Assembly (NCBI GenBank): GCA_012026655.1
Contig: JAAILG010001346.1
Location: forward strand, 1 to 64,000
Direction: 5' to 3'
DNA: 64,000 nucleotides
DNA from: Hydrolagus affinis
Lineage: Eukaryota
Position 1 is the first letter of the stretch; every line of letters begins with the position of its first letter. Below, in pieces: positions 24,043 through 37,547 of the stretch. The position numbers and the translations under genes were made by a program. The notes beneath the pieces were generated by a model, which did no database searches, was not told the origin of the DNA, and saw only the letters and a program-made list of their open reading frames with translations.

Positions 24043-27000
24043 GTAGGGAATTCACATTGAAGGAAACCTGGCCATCATTTATAGTACTTATAGATTTGTG
24101 GTACTTTTTCAAGGGGTTGTTCAAATATATAGAAAATCACGTTAAATAGCTTTGTCTGGGTATTTCAATTCCTTGCCAATCATTGTTTTTCAAATTTCCA
24201 CTATAAAAATAATAAGACTAACCCTTACATCTGATACTGGGAGAATGCGTTAAAATTCAGCAAACATGTTTTACGAAAGACTGGGTTAAGTGGTCTGAAT
24301 CACTGCATTTGGGATTTGCCATTAATTAAAAGAAATAAAAATGTTTTGGGTTTAAAAAGAAAACATTTGCAGGCTGAGAGCATTGGAAATGAGAAAAACT
24401 CAATCTGCAAGATTGAAGTCAGCTTTACGTTCCTGCCCTAAATGTTAATAAAGAAATATGTGGTTTAATCTAGTTAATGCTTTTGACCATTGATCCAGTT
24501 TATTTTAAATTTCATCATATGTAATGTTGGATTAACCTAGTGATAGTGGATTTATGGTCATGCAATTCACTCCTATTAAGTGTGCAACAAAATTGTGAAA
24601 ACATCAGTATTTTTTTTATGAGAAACATATACCTTACAAAGCATGCTGAAGGAAAACAGTGTTATATTAACCCTAATGTAGCTATCAAGTCACCTATCTT
24701 ACCATTCCCACACTTGGTTCTGAACACTGATATAATTGATAGAGGAATAATTCATTGTTGAAGGAGTTTTAGTAGAAAAATGTTCTCAGAATACAAACGG
24801 GTGTTGTTTGAATTTGTTTAACGTTCTATAGATGTGAAAGTGGATTGACTGCTGAAAACAACGTTCACTCGTGAAGTAAATAGCAATGAGCCCAGTTTTC
24901 ACAATAGTCAGTTACACTATGTACACTACCTTGAACCCCCAAACATATGCGTGCGAGTAAGGTGATTTAATAATGTGCTGCATTGTTGTATTGCTGTGGA
25001 GGGAGTTGTATTAGACAGTCAATGTCAGGAATCCGGAAGGTTGCAAAGTCAAAAATAAGTGGTTTCCAAAGGTGTTGATTTCCATACAGCAGGTGTTTTG
25101 TGTTACGTTGTGTGATCAGCTGCTTTGCGTTCGACTTACTTTGTGCACTTATAAAGCATAGAAATAATAACACTCTCTGCCCACGGCAGGTCTTAACTTT
25201 TACTGTTTCCTGCCTTTTACAACGGAGGCCAAAAGTTTAAAATGTTCAGTTTAGTTCTGATATCACCACCTTTGTTCACATATTATTTTGGGGGGGATTA
25301 CTTTGCGCTAAGACCTGTGTTTGTGCTTTTTAAAAACTTTTGTTCTTTATGTGCAAACGATTGAATCGAAAATCGGTTTTGTATGAAGGGACAGTAAATT
25401 GGTAGTGACGCATCCAAGGTGTGTACAGAACTTTGTCTCTGTGTTGATGACTGACAGGATTTCTGTAGAGTTCTGTACCGCAGGGTGTGAATTAGTCAAC
25501 TGACTGCTTTAAAGCTTCGAGAGGAAAACCTTTAATCTTTTGCCAATTCCTTTCAGAATAACAAGTCAAAGTGTCTTTAAATCCATCTGTGGAATATGTT
25601 TGCAATTGCCTTTTCTGAGTTGCCTTTTCAACTCTGTTAACCCCTTGACTGCTATTGATACGTTTCATACTGCTGTGTGTGTTTTTTTGTTTAGTAGAGC
25701 GATTCAAAGGGGCCAAACAGAGAGAGGAAAATATAGTAATATTTAATAATAAAAATGCCCAAAATAGATCATTCCTGAATATAAATTCATAAGACAGTAC
25801 TGTATTTTACAGTAATATACAGTGCGTAGTGTTGTATTCCCTATTAGTTGAGCCTCTGTCACTCTGAAAGCACCAACTCTTGCTGAGAGTACAATTCCTT
25901 GGGTGCTAGCAAACACTGGTATTTCACACAAGCAGCTGTTATTCCCACTGAACCTGAACAGTGACTGCCAGCAGGCTGTTTGTTTACCCTGAAGAGCTTT
26001 ATTGCAATAGTGTTCTGACCTTCGGCTGAGATGTTAATTGGGATCTTGCTAGACTATGTCCAATGCCCTGCTCTTTCGCCACACATGTTTAATATTCCCA
26101 GTCAGTCTCTGTCTGAGTCTCATTGAAACACCCTGGCTTTCAAATTCTGCCTGTCCAGTTTCTGAGCTCTGAGTATTTCACATCTCCACAACGCTCTTTG
26201 TGGGGAGAGACTTCCTGATCTCAGCTCTGACTGTCCTTGGTCCTGAATCACTCTCTTGCCTCTGCTGGTCCAGTGCAGTGAGGGTAGGGGGAAAGACAGC
26301 AATGCTGTCAATCTGAATAATCAATCTGGCCTGACAGGCAGCTGACAAAAAAAAACATTCTCCAGATATGCAACACATGATCTCTGCCAATATCAGATCC
26401 TATGGCTTCACAAGATTGGATTGAATGAAGAAAGCCCTTTGGCTCGTCTTGCCAACCTTCCTGCCTGGCATCTGTACCAATTGTGAATGAAATGAGAATC
26501 TTAAATTTATGAAATCTAACTGGCAGTCAGACTGAAATATTGAGAAGTTTATATTGTTTGCTTCCTGTAGGTTACTAAAGGACATTACACAATAACAACA
26601 ACAGCAAAGAGTAGTTCTGCCCCTGACACTGGCAGACTGGCATTTAGCTGACTAGGAACTGATCCTGCAATGATTTGTTTAGGATTCTCTTATCAAATTC
26701 TGCACTCTGCTTTAATTGAGGCTCTTAGTAATGGGCACCATCCATCACATCAGAGAAAATGGTAGGAATTAACTCAAAAACATCATTGTCAGAAGCTGAA
26801 CTCATCAACAGATTGTTTTTGAAAATACTGTACGTGGAAACCTTTAATTTCCATAAGCCCATAGGGTTTGCGGTCGTCAGTTATTGGAAAGCAACTTTTA
26901 ATAATATAACTTGTCCTCATTTTGCTCTTAATTTTTCAGGATCTATTTCTAATACATTTTAAAAGCCTTGTTGGCATTTTAAAAACATTAAATGTAAACT

Positions 27001-28214
27001 ACTTTTTATTAAAAATAAGCAATTTAGTACTCTCATCTCTCTGCCTTAGGTAACCATTTCTATCAAATTACTAAAGCGTGGACAGGTGTATTTCAGGAAA
27101 TCCTGTCAGTTTCTGTTTGGGAGATCAGATAGATACGGTGGATTAATGCAGTCTATATAGAATGCCTGGCTCTCAATTCCATTTGTTCCTCTCTTCATGT
27201 ATATTTTTGATTGCTAGGTTTGGCTTGTGCATCCTGTCTGCAAGTTGTTGGCCAAATGGAAGTACTGTACTGACAGTGAGTGCCTCAAATTGCACGCAGC
27301 ACAAAAATGCTTTGGTCAGACCACATCAGAATATTGCATACAGTTCTGGTCATCATGTCAAAAAGAGGTTGTTTTAGAGGAATGAGCTCTGAACAAAGCT
27401 TAAACAAGCTTCAGTCTTGAGACAAAATGATTCAAAAGGAGACCCAATTGAGGTCTATTGTGTCCACAAAATATTCAGTCAATCCAATTTACAATATACA
27501 GTATCCTGTGAAGGATATATTGCTTTGAGATGTCCCAAACATGTGATAAGGTTCAATTACCGAGTTAGCTGAGTGGAGGGGGCAAGCAATAGAGTAGGAA
27601 AACAGGAGGATGGAAAAATAAGGAAGTGTAAGGGATTTGATGGTTTGTACCCACCACCATGCTTAAGCATATCCAAATTCCCTCGATATTTAATGGAACG
27701 GAATGCACACCCTCTCCCTGGATGGATCTATCCTAATTCTGGAGAGTATTAGGCGGGTAATAGGAGGGTATTTAATAATTCTTGAGGGGTGAGATCAGAT
27801 GGACCAAAGAGTTTCTTCATCCAAACTAATCTTGAGATCTTTGAACTGTCTCCCTTTACTTTTCCCACTCCAGCCGCGGTTTTATTGCATTTTGTAACGG
27901 AGTTGTACTAAAATTGAATGCTTTTGTTATTAATCATCTGGGTGTTTTTCGTTCTTTGTCAGCATTTCACAATAGATTAACTACACATGGCTTGCCTCTT
28001 TGTGTAAGAAATCATCGTTAGATTCTTCTTAATGTCTTCTTTTCTCTTGACCTGGTGATATTTGCTTCTTTTTATTTTATGAAAAGTATTTCAAAGAACG
28101 CTTGCATCTTTTTCTTTGAGTTGCTTTAGATTTGTCAGCATTTTCTGTTTTTATTTTAGATCCCAGTAAAACTATTTCTTGTTCTCTGCCATCTATATGA
28201 AATGAACACAGTGT

Positions 28215-28395
28215 AACCACGTTTGAACATGCCTGATAATAATTCCTCAAGAAAAATAAATAAATTGGTCACTTCAATCCACGACAGTTTGTACAGCACT
28301 GCTATGTGCAATTGGCTGCTGCGTTTCACCCACAAATACACAGTCAATTCACCTTACAGTAAATTCTGTGAGGCGCTTTGAGACGTTGTTATTTT
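28215..28395 (+). mobile_element. SINE 3' half
   Basis: aattggtcacttcaatccacgac...ctgtgaggcgctttgagacg. Confidence 0.78.
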
Positions 28396-30567
28396 ATTAA
28401 AAACTCATTGACCTCAAACAGTTAACCAAGTAACTTAAAGAATTGTTTTATCAAATTCCTCATATTGATTTTCATACTTTTATCACTGGAATCATTCCTA
28501 TTTTATGTGTTAATATTACTCAGTATTGTCATTAAATCTGTTCCTTGGATTCCTACCAAATACAGTACTTGGAAAAAAAACAACTTCTAAACATGTGACA
28601 GCTTTTTAATGGTGACATCTTAGTGAACTCTCACTTTGGGTTCTGAAGTTTTTCTTCGAATTTCATTTGGTGCAGAACTTAACAACAAGAAAAGCGCATT
28701 TCTATAGTGCCCTTCATGTAGGCTTGAATCTCTTTACTATAGGGAACAGATGCTGGGCTGTGGGAGGGTGTTGGGGAGGTGATCATTGGCACACTTAAAG
28801 AGGTAAGTGTGAGATGTGAAACGTGAGATGTAAAAACATATAGATGGAGGGGTAGATCCAGAGGATAGGGCATAGTAATGATCCTATATACAGGTACTAA
28901 TAATGTTACATTTTCTTTCACTGATATTAGACTAAAAGATCATTTGTTGTACGCATGTTCAAGTTGAAATATAGATTTATGTAGACGAAAAGAAGAAACT
29001 TATTTGCTTATTTGCCAAGTGTGTGTAATAATGTTTTTTTTAATATCAATATATGGTCCAAGCAATCCAGCTTTATAGTATTAATTCCCAAACTATACCT
29101 TGGACTTCCTGGGTTACTTAAGCTTGTATTTGCTTATTTATAAAGCAGGTGAGGGGTTTATGCATGATTAGACAACCATGTTGCACAAAACAGATTGTTG
29201 GATTGTTTTCTATTTGAGACATTAGCTTTCAAATAGCAGGATATAAAATTATTGCTTCGATACATTAAATCCCTCCCGAGCACTCCTTCCCGAATACCCA
29301 CCTGACCTCAATCTGTAAAAAGCCTCTCAGCTGGCGTGAAGGACAATTTGATGCGGTGGCATTTCTTAAGACTGTATATTGGTTATTGCATGCTAATCGG
29401 ATTCATCATATGATAAAGATTTCATCTGTCACCCGAATACATAATCAGCTATGGCCAAGTGATTGTCTCTTTCTTGAGCGGATTGCTAACCGTATTAGAA
29501 GATGACAGACACCTTATTAATTTGCCTTTGTATTGTAATTTCTTGCTGCCTGATCCTCAGCAGTATGCAAGCTCCCTGAAAGGTAGCTGTGATGGATTGT
29601 TTCATGTCACTAATTCTAGAAATCCTTGATTTACACACTTCAACCCATAGGGATAATTGCAGGCTGTTTGACCAACTGTATGCTGTCTGGCTTTCATAAG
29701 TATGCAAAATAATTCACAGGCTCGTTTGCAATTTGCACACTGTAGTTTCAGATAATGGATGAGTGTTTCTATACATGAAAATTCAGAGGGATTCAATTGC
29801 AAATCCATAAATAAAGCATGTTTTCAACATTTGCGTGAATTGCCACGTGACACGTGAACATTGACAGTGACCATCTGAAGATTTATGAATTACACATTGC
29901 TGAAACACTGTTTACTATTGCGTACTATACCATATGTAGTATATTTCTAAAGCATTGTGCAAGCAACTTCAAAGCACAAGAGTCCAAAGGCCAAGAAGGT
30001 TGATGTACTAGTGATCTGCATCACAAAAAGGTAGTACTTTGGTTCATGCCTTGTGCACTTCTCATGTTAGATATGTGCTTTGGCTTGCTCAGCACACACT
30101 GTTGTTATATACGACAAAGTGGTAAGCGCTTTGACAGGCTACCCCCCACCCTGTGAAGGGTGCTACATAAGCACAACTTGTTGTTGGTATCCTTGGGAGA
30201 AAAATATAACTTTTGTTCATATCAATGTGTAGTGTACTTTTCCTGGTGGATTCTATAGAAATTTCTATATCATGCGAATGATTTTTTTTTGTGTGTAGCT
30301 GAAAATATTATTCAAGTCTTAGAGATGGAAGGAGAATTCAGTTGTTCTCCCAACTAACCATCTGATGAGTTTTATCTTAATAAGAGCTCTAATTAGTGTA
30401 ATGCCAATCTCAGGTAACGTAAACATTGAAAACGTATGTCACTAATCTATGGTATTGATTTCTGAGCCTTGGCTATCAGAGGCGCTTTGTCGTTCCCGGG
30501 AATGAAACTGATCTATTGAGGGTATTGTTCGGAATTTAGCCATATAATCCATTTGTCAATCTGATCA

Positions 30568-30665
30568 AAAACAAAAGTTGCTGGAGAAACTCAGCAGATC
30601 AAACAGCATCCATGGAGAAAGGAAAAGGAGTCAATGTTTTGGGTCTACAACCCTTCATCAGGACT
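30568..30665 (-). mobile_element. Short Penelope-like element fragment with a degenerate minimal hammerhead ribozyme and 10-bp TSD
   Basis: tgctggagaaactcagca...cagcatc...cccttcatcag, flanked by aatctgatca at 30558-30567 and 30666-30675. Confidence 0.65.
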
Positions 30666-33079
30666 AATCTGATCAGTTGACTCAATCTGATCAACCTTGC
30701 ATCAGGAAACGGTGCATTGGCCGTTTGTTTCTGTAAATTGTGCAATAAAAGAATGAGAAATCGAAAGGCACATCCGTATTTGTGTGGATTTTTATGTGGC
30801 TGTTTAGCGTTGGGTTAGTTACACTGGGGATTTCAAATGTTTTAGAGTCTAGACAAAGAGCTAGGATGGAGGAATTGAGGCAGGGTGTTCCAGGGGTGGA
30901 GTATGCTTGCTGAGGCAAGGCCACGGATAGTGGTGCGGAGGAGAGAGAGAGGGTGACCTCGATTTAACATCTCATGTCAAGATGACGTGGTTTGACAATC
31001 GAATGTCAGAACAGACACCCTCTGTGGTCTCTGTAGTTCAGTTCCTGAGCCAGGGGGGTCCGCAGTAATTTAAAGGCATGGCTGATCACAGCACAACCCA
31101 CCCTGACTCATCGGCAGGACCTGGAAGGGCAGACCAGTCACTGGAGGCAGGGACGCTTTCAATTCGCTTCCCATTATCCATGCAAGTCAAAGCCCTATGG
31201 TCAAGTTAGGTAGGTTAGAGTGCCTCCCTTGCAAGTGAGGGGACCCAGGTTTGATTCCCAAACAGGGCAAAACCCTAGCAAGTTTCTTTACTCCACACAC
31301 ATGCTTCTGTTTACCCAATTGCGCACAGCAGCGTCCCCACAAACAGTTGTGGATTTAAATGACCAATTTTATTATTATTTTTGGGGAGAGATTATTATAA
31401 TACAATACACAATACAGTATAATGTGCACGTGAAATACACTCGTTTTAAAAAAAAAGAGCACATTCGTGAGTTGACCTTAAGCTGCGTTTTCTCTGTGCC
31501 CTCTGCAATTCATCTTTTTATTCCCATTGCTGGTGGCGTTAGCGTTCTGTGGACTTATCTGAAAGGGAATGTTATGGCTTGTGGGTAAACTCTTGTTAAG
31601 GAAACACTCGCGGTGAGTGATTAGAGTTTGCTAAACTAATTCGTCACTTAGGGCTTGAGCTGGCATCTGTATTGAAAGAAACACTCACGGTGGTCTTGCT
31701 GTACTAATGATAAAAGTGTCAACAGAATGCTTTGGTCAAAGCAGCCTAATATTTGCAGCACTTCTGATGAGTGACCGTCTATGAGCCCTACAGCTTTAGT
31801 TTATCTTAACAAATGGCTCGTGGTGAGGGACGGTTACATTCATTCGCAGTTTAAAGACGGCAAAGAAGAATAGGTGTAAATGTTAGAGGTGCAAACCAAA
31901 TTCCATATACAAGCCGTGGAAGAAGCAAAAATTCCATTCCCCTCCCTCCCTCTCTCTCTCCCGCTCCTTCTCTTCCCGCACGCCTCTCAATAGTACTGAG
32001 GGAAAACGGTGCCATTTGTATCACAAACAGTTACGCAAGGAGTTACGTAATAATAAAATATGATCACTATATTTGGTGTAGCACTTATATGACGCACCAT
32101 CTCGCTAAGCTAGTGTTTCACGAGGAATTGTCAAATACTGAGTATTTACAGATGAAAGTAACATGGGATTTTTAATGTCCTCAAAACACTCAGCACATCA
32201 GGCTCTTAGAGCAAGTTATCCATTCCGTCACATTGTCTCGCCTAATGCCTTTACCATTTCAAAAGGCTACCTGTTTGACACGACCTACCTCAATGACCAT
32301 ATGATTTAGCGCTTGAGGTATCGCGAAAGGTAAAATAATTCAGCGTCAATTCACAGTGTTGGTGTCAGTGCTCACGTACAACAGACTGATTCAGGTCACA
32401 GGAAGGGCCAGTCATCAAACTAATGGCACTAAATTATTTAGTTTATAAGCCGCCTGAAGCAAGAGTCATGGAATAAATAAGGATTAATTGCTGCTGCCAG
32501 AAATCTTGTTAGAGTAATTACAGTATTTAGTCTAGTGGGTGCAAAATGAGCAATGAAACCATCATTAAAATGTTAGTAATGTGAACTGACAGAAGAGTAG
32601 GATTCAGTTGCCCCGAATCCAAGTCTCTCTGTACTCAGTAGCTTCATTGACAGGGAGGGCATCGAAATCACGGAAATTAAACATGATGGAATCAATTACC
32701 ATAGACTCCCTGTCAGAACCCTGTAGAATCTCTTGAAGCCGCTGCCTTTAAATGAAGATCGCATTGATAGAGTGCACATTGAGGGAAAATAACACCGTCA
32801 GCAAGTGTCATCTAACGGCAGGTACTTAACTCCAGATCAGACTGTGTTTTAACTGTCCTTCGGAAAAATTAGCAAAAAAAAACAAGGTGTTGTAACACAC
32901 TGATTGCACTGGCACACACCAAGCATAAGTTTCTGAGATTCCATCGTGCAGGAGCCTCGGAATTTAATCGCCGCTCACTTATGGGGAAGCCAAGAGATGC
33001 CATTATTCTTTTACAGTAAAAGTGGGATTATCCCTGCGTTTGATGTAGTACCTTTCACGTTGTACCGTGTCCATATCGT

Positions 33080-33445
33080 GGTGTCCCATTGCTTAGTGAT
33101 GAGCGTGCTCCCCTCCGCAAGCAGAGGTTCAATTCCCTGGCCTGGGCGAAACCTTAGGCCAACTTCCTTACTCCAGACGTGCCTGATTACCTAGCAGTAA
33201 GTGGTACCTGGTAATTAGTCAATAGGCAGATAGCTCCCAGAGGGTTAATAATCCCAAAGAGAAAATCAAACAATCATGACCATTTGTGGGGCGCTGCTGT
33301 GTGCAATTGGCTGCTGCGTTTTGCCCACAAAATGTTATAGTCAATCCATTTTACAGTATACAGTAAACCTCAAGATAAGTCATCACAGCGCCTTGGGGCG
33401 TCCTTCCCCTGTGAAAGGCGCTCTATGAGTGTAATTTTATTGTTG
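33080..33445 (+). mobile_element. SINE variant with a longer internal region and L2-type tail
   Basis: tRNA-like head (ggttcaattccc), core, then gtgaaaggcgctctat...ttgttg. Confidence 0.7.
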
Positions 33446-34289
33446 TGTCAGTTGGGACCATACCTCCAATATGAATGATGTACATAAGTCAGTTATGTCA
33501 AACGTGCAAAAGTCTTGTCAATCCTAATTTATGTAAAGTTACGTATCAGTCGGATTTGACACTACTTAACACACATAACAAACACACGAGTACTGAACTT
33601 GTCGGTCACATTAAGGGTTTCGACCTGAAAATTTTCAGATCCATCATTTTCCTCAAAACACCATGTTTCCATGTACATTTCAAGCAGTGGCATACATCTG
33701 TAGATGTGAAGAGGCAAAAATGATTGAACCCATCCAGCAAGAACCATTTCAAAATGTTCCCTCCAGCACTGATTCACGCTGACAGATAATGGCTATGGTT
33801 AGACATTTAATGCAGGTGGGATGTGTACTCAGAAAACACCTTAAAAGCAAATAAGGCCTATTCTTGCCAAAGAAAATTTCTGTTCAAGCAGATAATTCCG
33901 TCTCTGAATACAGGTATTGTGTGACAGGATTCCCCTTGTTTCATTAGAAAATTGGTCTGTGCAATATGTACTGTGTGCTTTTTTTAAAAAAAACACACAT
34001 TTACGACCTTCAACAAGAGGATTTATAATTGCTAATTTGGCAGCTAGAAGGTAAGGAGCTGAATCAAACTCCAGCTTCTGGTTTTTAAAGACATTGCCTA
34101 ATGGAATTTATGACCATATTGTTTATACTTCTAAATACTGTACAGAATGTGGGGTGTTTCGAAGGGCTTCAGTGGTTAGAGAACTAACTACCAACAAAAT
34201 TGACAAGAAATTTGGAAGTGTGGCTGTAATTGCCCCATCTTTGTCCGCTCCCTCCACACCTTCGAATTCGGCCTGAAGACCAATCCGTT

Positions 34290-34600
34290 TTAATCTTGCT
34301 TAACAGTACCCAATGCCTTTGCTCCACCAGGTCTGGCCTCCTCCTTGTCCCCCTAATCCTCCGCTGCACTATCGGCGGCCATGCCTTAAGCCACTACACA
34401 CCGAGGCTTTGGAACTTGCTTCCTCATACCCTTCACCTCTCCCCCTCTCTTCCTACTTTCAGGTCTCGGCTAAAGATCTTTCTTTTCGACCGCGCTTTCG
34501 GTCACCTTCTTCCCCTTTCCCTCGACTCAGGGTCAGACTCCGCCATTGTGACTCTAACCCACGTGAAGAATGCTACATAAATGCAAAATTGTTATAGCTG
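34290..34600 (+). mobile_element. LINE-2 3' fragment of the same family as 9420-10200
   Basis: GGHALSHYTPRLWNLLP...FRSRLKIFLFDRAF, then tail. Confidence 0.85.
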
Positions 34601-36279
34601 TCGTTTATCGTGGAAAATGTTGGATTTTTTTTCAGCCTCTACATTTTTACACCATAATAATCTTTCGCTTCATTTCAAGCAAAGAACCTTCCATTATTGA
34701 TTAGTGTTGATAATGTGCCTTGCATTTGAGATAGTGCCTGATCACGTCGTTGAGATACCTCAAAGTGCTTCACAGAGTGTACTGTAAAATGGATTGACTG
34801 TATTTTGTGGGAAAAAACATTCTTCTCACCCTCCTACCCTACCCTCCATGCCCCCCTCCACCCCTTCTGATCCCAACCAGCTCCTCTGGATCAAATCCTT
34901 GACTGTGCAGTAACTTGGGGCGTCCTCCCGACGTGAAAGGAGCTATACAAATGTAATTTGTTGTTGTTAGATTCTATGATTGTATTCTATCATTTCTGCC
35001 TGTTTCAGATAGTCAGAAGTAATTCGGTTGTAGGAATGTAATTTATAGGTAGTTTTGCTACTCTCAATTAATAAAAAATGATATCCAGAGCAGCAAAGTG
35101 AACTCGCCAGGATTTAGTTCTGTCCTGATAACAATTTCAGGCAGCAATACTTACTTATGATAACTCACCCAATTTTTCACAGGCATCTTCAATGTATCAC
35201 TCTGTAAATCTTACAGCCCCAAATCCCTTTAGTGGACAGAAACTTTGCTTTGTGTGGTTTTTTGGGGGAACCTTTGTAGTTTAATAGAATTAATGAATTG
35301 CTTCACTCAGCTTTGCAGCCCTCAATGATCCAGGCTTGCTTCAGACCAAAGTAACTGCATGTGGGATAATAATAACTATAAAGATCCAGATAACAGGCTT
35401 TGAAGATGCTCCCGTTTGTGACTTGCTAGCTTGGACCTGCAGATGTCAGTAGATCACTAGATTTCTGTAGTTCATTGGAAATCCCGGGACTTTGATACGA
35501 TTTTATGCTTCTTATTTTTGCAACAAATGTTATTGTTGACTGATAGATTCATGTCAGTTTTACTATAGTTTCCAAAGTTAGATAAGCAACATCAAGAATA
35601 AATGTACATTTATATAGCACCTTTCACATTGTGAAGTATGGGTGGGCAATTTCACTGTAAGTGGCATGCGTGGAACAGTCTGGTTTGATTTGGGCTACAG
35701 TGGTGCTAGATATTCTAGAGATGGAACTTTCCGCACATGTCAGACACCCAGGTAACTAGTCAGAATATTCCCTCTCTTCACAAACTAGTTGCTGGTCATC
35801 ATTTATAATAAATGCTTCTTCCCAGACTTTCCATAACTAGAAATACATTTAATAAACTGTTATTGTGTAATATCCTGACACCAATGAAATTACATACGCT
35901 ATATTAAATATTAAACTGTATTAATGATGAAATATGATGTAATATTGTGACACTCCAATTTGCTACAATTATAATAATAATCCTTGCATTTGAAATAATA
36001 CATAATCACATCTTTGAGACGTCTCGAAGCACTTCATAGAATATACAGTAAAGTGAATTAACTGTACATTTGGTGGGCGAAGTCTAAGTCGTTCAATGCG
36101 ATCCATGAAATGATGATTTAGAATTTCTAAAAAATAAAAAAAATTCAAATGAAAAGAGAAGACTTGCAATTTTGTGATTCTTGTACTTCTAAAAACGGAA
36201 TTAACATTTGAAACACCCAGCCCATTATTCGGTGATTTTCAATTCCAATAAAAAAAACAAATGAACTTCAGTTTGTTAT

Positions 36280-36800
36280 GGTGACTACAAATAACAACCC
36301 TCCAAATTCTTTTGAAACATATGCCAGCCTTTTGTGTATTTTGACGTCTGATTCTGTGAGAGACATGCAAGCAAATGCACTTAATCTATTCACAGCCACA
36401 AGCTGAGCTGAGCATGAATGTCATTGATCTGAGAAAGCACAATTGCGCTTTTACAAACTCTTTGTCCCTTATTTGTTTAACTGCTGTAAAATGGAGAGAG
36501 AGAAAAAAACATGTTCGTAATTGCCAGTAACAAGACACCGGTGTATTAAGACCTATATATCATTCATTTAATGAGGATTATGAGAGGTATGAGATTGTAG
36601 TTAAAAAGGTAGCACATAATAAAAGGCAAATATAATTAATGAGAAGAGCCACAATAGGAGGTTTAAGTGTGTCTCAGCTTGCTGTGTGAAATGGATATTC
36701 ATATACTCCCCTGTGAGAAGAGGGTTGTGTTTTTAAGTGTCCTATTCAAATGCTAAATTAAGGCTGTTAAGTGAGTGAATGTTTGAGGAATGGCACAGAA
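36280..36800. promoter_or_regulatory. Candidate conserved enhancer between BRIP1 and TBX4
   Basis: Repeat-free; GGATTA 36575-36580, TAATAAAA 36617-36624, TAATTA 36633-36638, ACAAT 36651-36655, TAATCT 36382-36387. Confidence 0.4.
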
Positions 36801-37242
36801 GGTTAGTCTTCGTTTCTTTCTCCACTCAGTCTTAAATCATAATGAAATGTTTCACAAAGCAAATTTTTGTTTTGCTCCCAAATGAGTACGTTTTACAATC
36901 ACGTCAGCAAGACTCAAGTTGGTTTTGAGTCAAAGCTTCTCTTCTCAACTCAATTCCTTCTGCAATACACTTCAGTTCTGTTAAAGAAAGATTTGGTTCA
37001 CCTTTGATCTATTCTCCATTTCACCTGTCAAATTGAATACGAATTCACTTCACAATGATGCTTTCTGTGAAGCGCTTTGAGACAACGTGATCAGACACTA
37101 TATCAAGTGTCAGACGTTTGTTATTATTATGATTATTACTAACTGTGTGCAGACTTTCTAAAATCATTGTGCAAAATGGGTTATCTGATCACGTTTACTA
37201 ACATCACACAACAAAAAGACCTCATTAACACAAGGATAGTGA

Positions 37243-37547
37243 TAATAATAATCCTTGCATTTGATATAGCGCTTTTCACATCTTTTAGACATCTCAAAGT
37301 ACTTCACAGAATATACTGTAAATTAAATTGACTGTACATTTATGGGAGAAATGCGGCAGCCAATTGCACACAGCAGTGTCCCCACAAACAGTCGTGGATT
37401 GAAATGACCAATATAATAGTGTTTTTTTGATGGATTGTTATTAGGCGTGTGGAGTAAGGAAACTTGCCCAATATTTCGTCCTGATCCGTCTGGATTCGAA
37501 CACAGGTTTTCACACTTGTAAGGTGAGTTACTGAGCTACAGGACTCC
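37243..37547 (-). mobile_element. Full-length copy of the dominant SINE
   Basis: Reverse complement of tail, core, B box (ggattcgaac) and A box (ctgagctaca). Confidence 0.9.
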
